A stretch of 55,132 nt of DNA from a virus (Duplodnaviria > Caudoviricetes): positions 1 through 55,132 of IMG/VR virus record IMGVR_UViG_3300031369_000003. One strand, given 5' to 3'. Below the pieces are notes generated by a model. That model had not been told where the DNA came from. It did no database searches and saw only the letters and a list, made by a program, of their open reading frames with translations. Of this stretch, positions 28,700 through 38,806 are shown one piece after another (within the stretch, counting starts at the first letter, position 1; each line of letters opens with the position of its first letter). The position numbers and the translations under genes are program-made.

Positions 28700-31078
28700 G
28701 AATCCTCCTAACTTGCCCTATTACATCCTCTAAAGCGTCATTATATCCTTTGCAATATGCCGCTTCTTTATCGTCGTCCGGAATATTCTCGTCCAATGGC
28801 GAAGGTTCTAAATTATTGATTTTTGATAAAATTTCCTCACGGGTCATGTCTCTTCCTCCGTTTCTTCATGCATTAATTCCATTAGTTCGGCATGCTCTTC
28901 CATTCCTATTTTATCATCAACTATATCAATGATCTCTAAGCAATTCATCCTACAGTATATCAGTGCATTCCCTTTAGTATCAAATGATGCAAGCCACATT
29001 TCTTCATCTTCGGTATCAACTATAGCCCATAACCATTCTCCGGTTTCGTTGGTGTGGTGTAATATTATCTTTTTCCATTCAATCATGTCAATCCTCCTTC
29101 TCACACCAACATTCGTTGTCGGCGCATAGCGTCCCATATTCCTTATATTCGGTTTCATTGCCACAAGTAGAACATTTTACCATCTTATCAATAATAGCGT
29201 TATTCTTTTCCCATTGTTCGACCGTTTTCCCAGTCATGCATTCAATGATTTTTTCCTTAGCCACGTCAATCCTCTCCCTCGTATTTGGCTAAAAACTCGC
29301 GGCCTCGCCATCCAAGCGTATCGCTAAAATTTGAGTGCTTAAGTGCTTTGATTGCTAATTCCAAAGTCTCTTTGACCTTCAAAAAATCTTCATAAGCAAC
29401 GAGTTCACCCTCGTCATCAATTTCGAAGTGTTCAATAGCTTCGACTTCCTTTTTAGTTAACACGGCTCCTCCTTAAATAATAATATTATTATACGTTTCT
29501 ACCGCTTGATATATGCTTGACGTCGATTGTATTATGCACCCGTCCTGTTTAACATCGTATTTAAGGCACTCGGCAGATACAACCATTTCGATTCTTTTCC
29601 CGCGACCCGACTTATAGTATGCGATAATTGTTTGCTTATATTCTTTAACCAACATTTTTTTATAATCATCTTCGGATATGATTTGTTTTGGCATGTCAAT
29701 CCTCCTTGCCCATTAATTTCGCTGCCCAATATCCCGCTCTAGTTTCCCCAGTCTGTTCAATAGAGACGGCTCCAAGCAAAGCGGAATTAAAATCAGGAAA
29801 GTATTCATGCGGATTTTCGCCTTTGACAATCGGCATGAAATGTTTTTCTTTAAACGATTTGTTTTCATATTCGACGATAAACATGAAGTCTTTAATTTTA
29901 GTAATTTCTTCTATGCGATAATATTTATCGTCAAACAAATCGCGAATTTCATTAAGTTCTTTTTCACGTTCAAATTCCCGCTGCGCCGTCCAATACATCT
30001 GAGCCTTTGGAATTGCCAGCATTTTGTCAATAGTTTCTAAAGCTTCTTCAACGGTTTTATTCATTGGTTTCCTCCTTTTTTCGTAAATACCGAATTAATT
30101 CAAACAAAACATTCCCAACATTTTCGGCCAAATATATTGAGTCTGGATATTCTAACGATGATTCTAATTCGTGTTGCATCATTTCAAGTTTTGTAAATTC
30201 TTTAAGCATTATTTTCCTCCTTCGTTTTCATCACAAACACAGCACCGCACTTGCGGCAATAGATTTTACCTGTGTAGCGTCCTAATGCGTGGGGATGTTT
30301 TTGCCTCAATAGCATCTTTCCCCCACATTTAGGACATGGTGTTTGATTGAGTTTCATTTTGTCACCTTCTCATCCAAGGCAATTATTAAGCTTTGTTCCA
30401 TGATCCCCAATAATCTTCGTAATTCGGCGGAGTCGTAATTATCCAAAGATCTTAACATGCTATTATGCAACCATAAAAGTGATTGTAAAAGCTTTTTATT
30501 ATCTTCGCCCATTACTTTTCCTCCAATATTCCGGCAATATCGGTCTGTGTACTGAACTAACCGGAATTTCGATTTTAACTATCTCATTTATAGTAGTCGA
30601 TTCTACCACACCTAATAATTGATCATTTAAATATGCTTTCCCGTTACCTAAATCACGGTTTATTACAATTGAAACATATGCAATATTCATTTTCCTCAGC
30701 CCCTTTTCTAATCGGGTATTTTTTTTATTAAATCATTACATTTTTGGCAAATATCTGTTCCTGATAATCGCCGATTTTTTCCGCATATATTGCATTTGTT
30801 TCTTTTCTTTCTCCACCACCATATCGACCTATGATAAGAAATTAATTCTAGTCTCCTATACACTCTTAACCAAATACTAATTCCCGGCATTGATTTAAAC
30901 AAACTAGTTATTAAATTGACTTTCATTTTCCTCCAATCTTCCGGTTCCGGATGGTTCAATCTCCCGTCATTGCATGATAGACCATAGCAGATACCGTATT
31001 ATCTACCTTTACAATGAATAGCGCCATGAGGCCAACAATTACATTTGTTTTGACATGTTTCAAAAAGATTATTTGGAA

Positions 31079-31453
31079 TCATATTTTCCCCTCCCCAATC
31101 AACTCCGGGTTCTCCTTGACGTTGCCGATGATTTCAAGTTTATCTATATCTGACGCATTACTAGAATATATCAAATATCCATAACAAACAGCGACATAGG
31201 CCCTTAAAAGTCTATCATCAAAATGGAATACACCGACTTTCTCTTCAACGCTATTTAAGCAATCAAGTTTAAATTTAACAATATGAAAATCATAACAAAT
31301 CTCATTCCCGTGGATGTCAATCTTTCCGGTGGATTCATAACACTCGGTATCGTCATTATTGGTAAAAGCATATGGTTCCCAAACGGAATCAAGCTGATTT
31401 GTTTTATTATTCCATACAATAAATTTATTCATTATCGGCCTCGCTTTCTTCAT
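31079..31453 (-). CDS. YopX-family protein
   Basis: ESTGKIDIHGNEI...LEIIGNVKENPELI. Confidence 0.8.
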   Translation of the reverse strand: MKKARPIMNKFIVWNNKTNQLDSVWEPYAFTNNDDTECYESTGKIDIHGNEICYDFHIVKFKLDCLNSVEEKVGVFHFDDRLLRAYVAVCYGYLIYSSNASDIDKLEIIGNVKENPELIGEGKI

Positions 31454-31950
31454 GATTTGCTATTTGTTTCAACAAATCGCTTATCGCAGCATGATCTTCG
31501 TTGGTTAAAAGCCCAAGAGCTCTTAATTTTAATAAAGCTAGTTTTAAAAGTGTCCATTGTCTTGGTGTTGGGTATAATGCGTTCATTTCTTGTCCCTCCT
31601 TTCAAAGTATTTGCCGAGGGCTTCCCTGACAATATCCGATTCTGACCATTTAGGAATTCGTTCCGGCCTGCGCTTCAATTCTTCTTTAATTTTTTTCATT
31701 TGCTCTTCGGTAATTTGAAAATGTTTGCGGACTAGTTTCATTTAATTTCTCCCATAAATTTGTTTTTAATATCTTTTAGTAAAGACCCGAAATAAATTAA
31801 AATATAAACAAATAAAAATTCAGCCTCCAAGCTCGGAGTATTATCTAAATTAAAACTTTTTTCACGTCGCTTATAATTTCTAAAATAAAAACCGCAACGT
31901 TTAAATTCGATTAAAACAGTCAATCCTGCCCCTCCGATATCATTTCTATA

Positions 31951-31984
31951 TCCCCATTATATCACAATAGTGGGGACAATGCAA
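31951..31984 (-). promoter_or_regulatory. Promoter TTGCAT-N17-TATAAT with inverted-repeat operator
   Basis: tccccattat...atagtgggga at 31951-31976. Confidence 0.65.
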
Positions 31985-32033
31985 TCATAAAAAAATAGCC
32001 CCCATTTCTGAGGGTAAAAATAAGATATATATG

Positions 32034-32158
32034 TTTACATAAACTTTTATCTGTGTTATCATAAAATAGCAAAGCCGAATAGCGGATAACGCTATTTGCC
32101 GCCAGCCCGCAAATCATTGTTTCCCGCCAAAGAAGCCGATGATTTGTGGGTTTATTAT
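32034..32158 (+). ncRNA. Candidate sRNA B, about 90 nt, two hairpins
   Basis: TTTACA-N17-TATCAT (TGn extended); aatagcg-gataa-cgctatt; long terminal stem plus U-rich tail. Confidence 0.5.
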
Positions 32159-32346
32159 TTAACCGCCACGTAATTCCTCCAATATTTTTCTACCCGTCTC
32201 GACCGTCCCGACACCATTTTTCATGTAATCGAAAAATTCGTCCATCTTTTCTAATCGTTCGAAAATAGGCAGATTGTAGAATTCACTTTCTTTGGCTTTT
32301 TCTACTATGGATTTCATTAAATCACCTCCGGCAACTAAAAATTTTC

Positions 32347-32799
32347 CTATAACGCCAAAACCCCTAAAATAGTGGCTATAACGGTTATTATATTCCGCTG
32401 AATAACAAGCTTCCTAATCTTTGCTTTGACCTCTTTTTCGTACTGTTTGAAGGATTCTTCGAGCGTCTTTAAATCCGTCTCCGCTTGACTCAATTTCTCG
32501 GATAGTTGTATTGATAGATTCTCGGATTTCTCGATTTGACTTTTCAATGTCGTTAGTTGATTTTGCAGCGTCTGAAGCTGCTTTTCCTGCCGCTCCAATT
32601 GTTGTTTTGAGGTCTGCAAGCTGTTTTTGACTTGATTGTAATTGCTCTCTAAGTTGTCGATTATTTTTAGCAATTGATTCAGCTCTGATTTGTATACTTT
32701 GTAACTGCCCTCGGCTTGACAGGAGACAGAGACAATAACCAAGAGCAAAAGCGACAATAGCAATGATAATGTAAGTTTTATATTGCAAATTTCAGCCAC
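32347..32799 (-). CDS. Spanin-like coiled-coil protein with N-terminal signal/lipoprotein-like sequence and C-terminal hydrophobic anchor
   Basis: LLLSLLLLVIVSVSC, heptad coiled coil, NIITVIATILGVLAL; follows endolysin. Confidence 0.6.
   Translation of the reverse strand: MAEICNIKLTLSLLLSLLLLVIVSVSCQAEGSYKVYKSELNQLLKIIDNLESNYNQVKNSLQTSKQQLERQEKQLQTLQNQLTTLKSQIEKSENLSIQLSEKLSQAETDLKTLEESFKQYEKEVKAKIRKLVIQRNIITVIATILGVLAL
32414..32788 (-). CDS. i-spanin-like protein nested in the previous gene in another frame
   Basis: N-terminal TM IIIAIVAFALGYCLCLL then coiled coil; 124 codons open. Confidence 0.6.
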   Translation of the reverse strand: MQYKTYIIIAIVAFALGYCLCLLSSRGQLQSIQIRAESIAKNNRQLREQLQSSQKQLADLKTTIGAAGKAASDAAKSTNDIEKSNREIRESINTTIREIESSGDGFKDARRILQTVRKRGQSKD

Positions 32800-33229
32800 C
32801 CCCTAACTTTCGTGCTACCATCTGCCGAAGTTTTACCATCGGGAATTTACTACCCGGACAAGTTTTGTAACTGGCGTATTTGTGATGAGTTTCGATGTCA
32901 TCCGGCCTTAATCCATATCTTTTGCAAATATCAGTACACAGTCCGACCAGCACTTTTAACGCCCATTCCGTAGGTTCTGTGAGGTCATAATTGCCCACGA
33001 CGCAAACGCCAATAGATTTATCGTTCATTCCTTTGCAATGTGCCCCAACAACGTTTTCTGACCGGCCTTTCTGCACTACAATTTTGTCGCCGACATTTTC
33101 AACCCCCCAATGATATCCGATGTCCGTCCAACCTTTTTCCTGAATGTGGTATCGGCGAATAGCTTTCCAATCATTAACGGTCTGATCTTTTGTCAAACTA
33201 TGATGGATAATAATTTTAGTTGCCTTCAT
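32792..33229 (-). CDS. Endolysin, N-acetylmuramoyl-L-alanine amidase (Amidase_2/T7-lysozyme type), no binding domain
   Basis: IIIHHS...GWTDIGYHW...GAHC...SIGVCVVGNY...THH...KTCPG. Confidence 0.92.
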   Translation of the reverse strand: MKATKIIIHHSLTKDQTVNDWKAIRRYHIQEKGWTDIGYHWGVENVGDKIVVQKGRSENVVGAHCKGMNDKSIGVCVVGNYDLTEPTEWALKVLVGLCTDICKRYGLRPDDIETHHKYASYKTCPGSKFPMVKLRQMVARKLGGG

Positions 33230-33779
33230 GCTTGCCCCCTATATCTTCCAATTTGTCCTTCGTAACCCCCAAAATCTTCTTTATAATCGGGATATTAATC
33301 TTTTTCAGCTTGCATATTTTGTCGACATTTTCAAGGATCGAATACCCTTCTGTAAGCATGATCGCCCCTTCGATAATTCCCTGAAGAAAAGCAGTAAGCG
33401 CTACTTGCCCACATTGATGACCTAAAAATAATAGCAGATAGTAAATCATCAATTTAACCAAACCATGATACATTCGACGTGATTCTGGAACCACAGCAGG
33501 ATTCGTTCTAGCGTGGTAAAATCCCGTTGCCGTGTCGGTCAACCACAAACACATTACTGTTCCGTATGCTGGACGGAATGAACCATACATGACCCTTAAA
33601 ACCCCAATTAAAAACCCGGCAATAAATTTCCATACCGGGTACTCTGCTAGCCTCTGAAAAAAATGTCCGAACACATCCCATTCTTTCAATCTATCGTCAC
33701 CCCTCGCCTTTTGTTGAAGCGATGACAGACACCCATTTAAAATTTGATTGTTATTATTGGCTTCAGACACTATCATCAC
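33216..33779 (-). CDS. Holin (Phage_holin_4-like)
   Basis: DTATG...SRRMYHGLVKL...TEGYSILEN; TM segments; precedes amidase. Confidence 0.85.
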   Translation of the reverse strand: MMIVSEANNNNQILNGCLSSLQQKARGDDRLKEWDVFGHFFQRLAEYPVWKFIAGFLIGVLRVMYGSFRPAYGTVMCLWLTDTATGFYHARTNPAVVPESRRMYHGLVKLMIYYLLLFLGHQCGQVALTAFLQGIIEGAIMLTEGYSILENVDKICKLKKINIPIIKKILGVTKDKLEDIGGKHEGN

Positions 33780-33806
33780 TCCTTATTATTTTCCATAATT
33801 TACATA

Positions 33807-33904
33807 TTGATATTTCAGCGCGAGGACGATAAAATTTATATGTCCCCATGCTTACCCATGTGGATGATTGGAAGGTGTTTCCCGTTAGCGCGGGGACACC
33901 TTTT
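33807..33904 (+). ncRNA. Candidate sRNA C, about 65 nt
   Basis: TTGATA-N17-TAAAAT then aaggtgtttcccg-ttagcg-cggggacacctttt. Confidence 0.45.
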
Positions 33905-33910
33905 AATTAC

Positions 33911-33943
33911 AAAATAAAACCCGGTTAATCAACCGGGATAAAA
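33911..33943 (-). terminator. Terminator after tail genes
   Basis: Minus strand cccggttg-at-taaccggg-ttttatttt. Confidence 0.65.
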
Positions 33944-34083
33944 CGCTAAAGCCTATTCTGCCACCTCCGGACACTCTCCGGCGTGGTGGACGCTCCCGTC
34001 ACTCTCCGTCACATACGCCACCCCCTGCGCAGTGTCAATCTCCATTTCCTGATTGCATAGACTACAAATTACTATCATTGTTA

Positions 34084-35325
34084 TCACCTCACATTTTGAT
34101 TATAAATTGGTGTCGGGTCGAAAAGTTGTACTGTGTTGGCGTCGTTGGGCATTAAGTTATCAAAATCGGGATCGGCTGTCCGGGCAATGTCGGATAGACG
34201 ATGTTTGCCAAAACGGGTGTTGGCAAAATTATATCCAGTTAGACTTCCCATGTAACCATAGATATTAAATCCCGATGGTAAATTAGGCGTTGATATTGTA
34301 CCCGTCGCAACTTTTGTACATGTTGACAAGTTCCAAAGCTCAATTTTCGCCTCAATCACTGCCCATGGAATTTTATAATAATAAAAATCATTCGGAGTTA
34401 ATGAATCAGCAATAGAAACTTGTGTCGCAACACCAGCGTCATTATACGTTCTTAAATACCAAAGGCTACTGGCGGAGTCATGATTCAAACGCATGGCGAG
34501 ATCCGATGTACTATCGGTTTTAAAAATACTAAATATATTGGCAAAACTACCAACACCTATTCTTTTAACAACATCCGTAATCTCCACAACCCCTTCAATC
34601 GTCCCCTCTGACACCGATAGTCCTGCCGTCGGCATTGTCAGGGGTTCGGCGGCGCGGGGAGAATCCGGCATACAAAATGAGGTTGGGTAAGCTTTTTGCG
34701 AGAGTTTTAGATCATCAGCGTATATTGATACGTTTTGGATGTTTTGTGCTATATTAATTCTCATAAAACATTGCGTAGCGCCACTAGGAATTGTAATGGT
34801 TACGACCAACTTTTGCCATGTATCAAAAGCGGTTGGAGATAAACTTTTTGATTCAGTATACGATGATACATAATAAACAGCATTTAAATATATATTAGAC
34901 AATGTAATACCACTGGTGCTCGGAACATATACCCATGCTGAAAATGTATATACTAATCCGGCAGTCAAAGTATTTAGAGATGTTGTCTCTCCCATTTGAT
35001 AATATCTATTTGAAAAACTGGTGGTACCGGTTGTCAATTTTAAAGACTTCGAACCAAAATTATAATAATCTGTACTTGATACTGAAATTAAATATGCGTC
35101 GTATCCATAGCCATTAAGTTTTGGTTTGTTAAATTCACAATCCGGATTTATGATTAAATTACTTGTCGCCTCCTCCACCCATGTGACCCATCCAACTCCA
35201 TCCACATATTCTAGCCTCGGCAATCCCGGCAACGCAATCCTGCCCAGTGAATCAATAGCCTCTGAGTTGCGGCTAAACGTCGCGCCCGTTATAGTTGTGC
35301 GTCTCGGTGGTGATAATATCCTCAT
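34084..35325 (-). CDS. Receptor-binding/tail protein with carbohydrate-binding and LamG-like domains
   Basis: FSRNSEA...PRL...VEEATSNL, YTFSAWVY CBM-like insert, PTSF...RAAE, EGTI. Confidence 0.75.
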   Translation of the reverse strand: MRILSPPRRTTITGATFSRNSEAIDSLGRIALPGLPRLEYVDGVGWVTWVEEATSNLIINPDCEFNKPKLNGYGYDAYLISVSSTDYYNFGSKSLKLTTGTTSFSNRYYQMGETTSLNTLTAGLVYTFSAWVYVPSTSGITLSNIYLNAVYYVSSYTESKSLSPTAFDTWQKLVVTITIPSGATQCFMRINIAQNIQNVSIYADDLKLSQKAYPTSFCMPDSPRAAEPLTMPTAGLSVSEGTIEGVVEITDVVKRIGVGSFANIFSIFKTDSTSDLAMRLNHDSASSLWYLRTYNDAGVATQVSIADSLTPNDFYYYKIPWAVIEAKIELWNLSTCTKVATGTISTPNLPSGFNIYGYMGSLTGYNFANTRFGKHRLSDIARTADPDFDNLMPNDANTVQLFDPTPIYNQNVR

Positions 35326-35334
35326 GGTCTCCTC

Positions 35335-36420
35335 CTATTCTGCCGCCGAATAAACGACTAATTCAAAAGCACCCTGAGCAGTAGCACCATTAGCATAAAT
35401 CAACCGCTGGTATCTGCTGTAAAAAGGCTCGTCGAATGACTGCGGCGTACTTGCGACAACGGAAATACTACGCGTCCTGCGCCAGTTAGCGCCATCTTTG
35501 CTGTGTTCGAAGTGCAACTCCCCGGCCTGGTCGGCGTAGACCGTTCCGGTTACGCGTTTGAGAGTTAGCCCGTCGATTGCCGATGAGGTATAAGTTCCGC
35601 TGCCGGTTATTGGCGTAGTATAGTCAATCTCGGCATGACGATAGATTGCTTGCTTGTCCGTGGGGATAACGATTCCTACGCTACCAATTTTAAAAACGCC
35701 CGGATCGGTTTCGGTCAGGATCTCAGTACCCGAGGAATTTTTGACTACCACGCCGTTTGTCGTTCCCGGTGTGGTTTGGTCAATCCCCACCTTGCCAATG
35801 ATATTAGTTCCCGCCGCGATAACTACAGCATTCAGTGTGTCCACAATATCGGTGATCGTCTTATAACTAGTACCCAAGATAGCATCACGCAAGACAGTCA
35901 GAGCTATATCAAGATTGGCTAACGACGTATTGCCAGTTGTTTGCAGTGTCGCCGTTGCAGGGTCACTGCTGAGTTTAGTAAGCACTGCTGTTAGTGTGGT
36001 CTGCGTAGCGAAATCTTTCCCGGCAATAGTCGCAAGCGATGTGTTCCCAATTGTTTGTAAATCAGCGGTAGCAGGAGCAGCGATCATTTTTGCTAATATC
36101 GCCGCTAATGTGGTCTGTGTCGCCGGATCGCTCGACAACTTAGCCAAAATCGATGTCAACCTCGTAACCGTTTCGGTCAAAGTCTCCTGAGAAGCTGGAT
36201 TGACTGGGATTTTGCTTGAGTCATATATACCCACCGGGTACGGAGCCGGGTTGGTGGCATCTGGCACCCGTTTATATTGGTGCGTGGTCTCGTCATATAC
36301 AAGCGGCCCGACCTCTGTCGCCCGAGCGGGAGTTTCGGTCTGCTGAATTGCTACCGTGGGTTGTTTATCTGCAGTATACACTGCATTGACGGTCATTTGG
36401 TCTGATGCTATAATCGACAT
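35335..36420 (-). CDS. Tail fibre-like protein with ATQTTL repeats
   Basis: Repeated LSSDPAT(Q/A)T and GNTSLA units; GTNIIGKVGI. Confidence 0.65.
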   Translation of the reverse strand: MSIIASDQMTVNAVYTADKQPTVAIQQTETPARATEVGPLVYDETTHQYKRVPDATNPAPYPVGIYDSSKIPVNPASQETLTETVTRLTSILAKLSSDPATQTTLAAILAKMIAAPATADLQTIGNTSLATIAGKDFATQTTLTAVLTKLSSDPATATLQTTGNTSLANLDIALTVLRDAILGTSYKTITDIVDTLNAVVIAAGTNIIGKVGIDQTTPGTTNGVVVKNSSGTEILTETDPGVFKIGSVGIVIPTDKQAIYRHAEIDYTTPITGSGTYTSSAIDGLTLKRVTGTVYADQAGELHFEHSKDGANWRRTRSISVVASTPQSFDEPFYSRYQRLIYANGATAQGAFELVVYSAAE

Positions 36421-36431
36421 TTAAATTCACC

Positions 36432-36842
36432 TCACAAAATAATTACATGAACCATTGGATCTAAATAAGCCCATACGTCTTCGGTACCAGAAGCGGCGGT
36501 CTGTATATATATAGTTGCCGTTTCTGAGCCAGTAATATCTATTATGTACTCGCCAAATCTGTTTACAACTGCATAAGTTGTCCCAAATCTTAACCTTGCT
36601 TGGCCATTTTCAACTATTATTTTCGCAAATACCCGCGCTGTTACAATGTCGGATGGTAATTGTACAGCAAATGATGCAACGTCTATATAACTTGTTTCTT
36701 CGCCTCCCCATCCCGTTATCCCAGGTATATATTGTATTAACAACCTGTTTATTTCAGTGTTTTTTTCAATCCGGTTAAAATCATTCGGCCCCGGATTGTC
36801 TGCTGCAATCCAATCTGTTTTAGGCGTTTCCCAAGCCATCAA
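36432..36842 (-). CDS. Tail/baseplate protein
   Basis: MAWETPKTDW...DFNRIEKN N-terminus typical of siphovirus tail-tip proteins. Confidence 0.7.
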   Translation of the reverse strand: MMAWETPKTDWIAADNPGPNDFNRIEKNTEINRLLIQYIPGITGWGGEETSYIDVASFAVQLPSDIVTARVFAKIIVENGQARLRFGTTYAVVNRFGEYIIDITGSETATIYIQTAASGTEDVWAYLDPMVHVIIL

Positions 36843-38806
36843 ATTACCTTCTTTCCTTTTGTATCTCCATCAAGCTCCCCGCCATCCCAATTTAATTGAT
36901 TCGATATAACCCAAAAGTCAGCCGTAGTTGTTTTAGAGTCTGGAACATTGATTCGGTCACCCAACATCAAAGCAGGATTTCCGCGCCAGGTTAATTCCAG
37001 ATCTCGACGTGGGTTTTTGGATAACGTCAGGCATTTATCCGCGATTTTTTGGGCCATTTCCTTAGTTTGGATAAGCGGATTATCATCGATTTCATACGAT
37101 TTTTGTCTGTTTTCCTGGATACTGTCTATATCTGATGTGACGATATCAATCTTATTTTTGACCGATAAAACTGTTCCGGTAACGGCGATTAAAAATGTCC
37201 CTGCTACCGTCGCGCCGGATACGGTTATATCAGCGCCATACGGCTTATAGACCGTCGCTGATATCGTAAGCCCTGCCGGTAATGTCCCGCCACTAATAGC
37301 CTCTAGAGACGCATTGCAATTAATTGCAATGCTATCCCAACTAACTGTAACTGTTTTGGTTTCTCCATCCATTATGCTCTCGGGGCTATCACTGTTGGTT
37401 GTGTAAATATTGCTTGTCTCGTCTGCCGCGACCAGCGGCTGGGTTGTAATCGTAACATAGTTGGCCATATCGGTATAATTCGCGGGGTTATCTTTGTTAA
37501 AATAATCATCCCATGTAATCGTCGCATTGACGGCAGTTTTCTCATTCTCTAAATAAGACGGCCCTTCAATTCTTAAAATGTTGCCGCGATCCATATAGCA
37601 TTGACCAAGGCAAGCCTCGACGATCATCCGCAAGCATTCGCGGTGCGATTGATCATTCGGTTTAGCAATAGCGCAGCCCCAAGCAACTGAATAATCCTTT
37701 AATTCTTCGTCAACCCAATATTCTACTATTCTCAACCCTGCGTCGGTTAAAACATCAACCGCCAAGTCATATAGCGTGGTATCCTGCAAAAACTCATCAG
37801 CGGAATAATAAGTATCATCGAGCAATTGCAGCCGATCGTGTGCAGTCGTATCAGCAGTAACATCATCCTCGGGTACCGTCCAATCCTGAGTGTAAAAAAC
37901 TCCCAACGGAATCCATTCTGCAACGCTCCCTGATACTCTTTTGCTTGCCATACCAAGCATAGCAAGCCTGACTTCCCCGGTCACAAGCCCGAGCCAAGCC
38001 CTTACCCGCCGATTAGGCTTAACCATTTGATACAGCTTAGAGTCAATGTTCCCCGCGTCAAACTTACGGTCGCGGTTAAACAGCGATATATCTAGCTCAT
38101 TGCTGCTAATATTGCCGATCGGGAGACTACCATTTGAAATATCGCGCTCCTCAAGCAAGCTAATATTAAATAGATCGTCTCCTTCATAAGTTTCAGACAT
38201 ATTTGTAAAAAACTCCAAGATTTTAGCTTGTCGCCCATCATGACTCCATTTGATAATTTCCAATACCATTTTTTTAACATTGCTAACCTTTGTAATTGTA
38301 GTATTCCAAATAACGCTGATATTCCCAGTTGTTATCTCAGTATGCAACAAAACATCAGAAGCGTCATAAAGATAAATGTTAAAGTCGACCGGGTATTCCT
38401 CGCGCATGGAATCGCCTACCACTTTTAATGCCGACACAACCCGCGCAGAAAATTCAACAGTCAGCGCCGGATACGGCTCGGCAAAAACCCCATCAACTCC
38501 AGCACCTCCGGCCAAACTTTTTCCCCACCAACCCATTTCATTGTTGACCGCCGCGTCCGCCGTGTCAGGACACAAATAATATGTACCGTCCAATTTCCAA
38601 GAACCATCTAAATTTGCCCATTTGTGTGTTGCCTCTTCGACATCGTTAACCACTTGCGCGTTTTGCGTTATATATGCATTTTCGTTTGCGCTGACCACTA
38701 TTGACCCATCAAGACCGGCAACACTATAGTCAATAGTAACCTTGCCCAATACCTGTCGCTTCGGAGCTAAAACTTTTTCTTGATATCGAGTCGATGTTTC
38801 ATACAT
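36839..38806 (-). CDS. Baseplate hub/Tal-like tail-tip protein
   Basis: WIPLGVFY...AHDRL...DNPLI...WRGNPALMLGD; position after Dit. Confidence 0.75.
   Translation of the reverse strand: MYETSTRYQEKVLAPKRQVLGKVTIDYSVAGLDGSIVVSANENAYITQNAQVVNDVEEATHKWANLDGSWKLDGTYYLCPDTADAAVNNEMGWWGKSLAGGAGVDGVFAEPYPALTVEFSARVVSALKVVGDSMREEYPVDFNIYLYDASDVLLHTEITTGNISVIWNTTITKVSNVKKMVLEIIKWSHDGRQAKILEFFTNMSETYEGDDLFNISLLEERDISNGSLPIGNISSNELDISLFNRDRKFDAGNIDSKLYQMVKPNRRVRAWLGLVTGEVRLAMLGMASKRVSGSVAEWIPLGVFYTQDWTVPEDDVTADTTAHDRLQLLDDTYYSADEFLQDTTLYDLAVDVLTDAGLRIVEYWVDEELKDYSVAWGCAIAKPNDQSHRECLRMIVEACLGQCYMDRGNILRIEGPSYLENEKTAVNATITWDDYFNKDNPANYTDMANYVTITTQPLVAADETSNIYTTNSDSPESIMDGETKTVTVSWDSIAINCNASLEAISGGTLPAGLTISATVYKPYGADITVSGATVAGTFLIAVTGTVLSVKNKIDIVTSDIDSIQENRQKSYEIDDNPLIQTKEMAQKIADKCLTLSKNPRRDLELTWRGNPALMLGDRINVPDSKTTTADFWVISNQLNWDGGELDGDTKGKKVI

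Larger units (their letters stand above)
28071..31923 (-). other. Accessory operon of about 12-15 small hypothetical genes between lysis and attP
   Basis: Densely packed co-oriented ORFs with RBSs downstream of the 31956-31984 promoter. Confidence 0.6.

Noticed and set aside
33874-33900. Resemblance to a type I-E CRISPR repeat (GTGTTTCCCG...GCGGGGA), possible solitary repeat or RNA anti-CRISPR
   Set aside because: Lacks the ATAAACCG-like 3' handle, is single, and is fully explained as a terminator stem with a U tail
34084-36420. Diversity-generating retroelement acting on tail fibres
   Set aside because: No reverse transcriptase gene and no TR/VR pair seen; ATQTTL repeats are protein-level repeats
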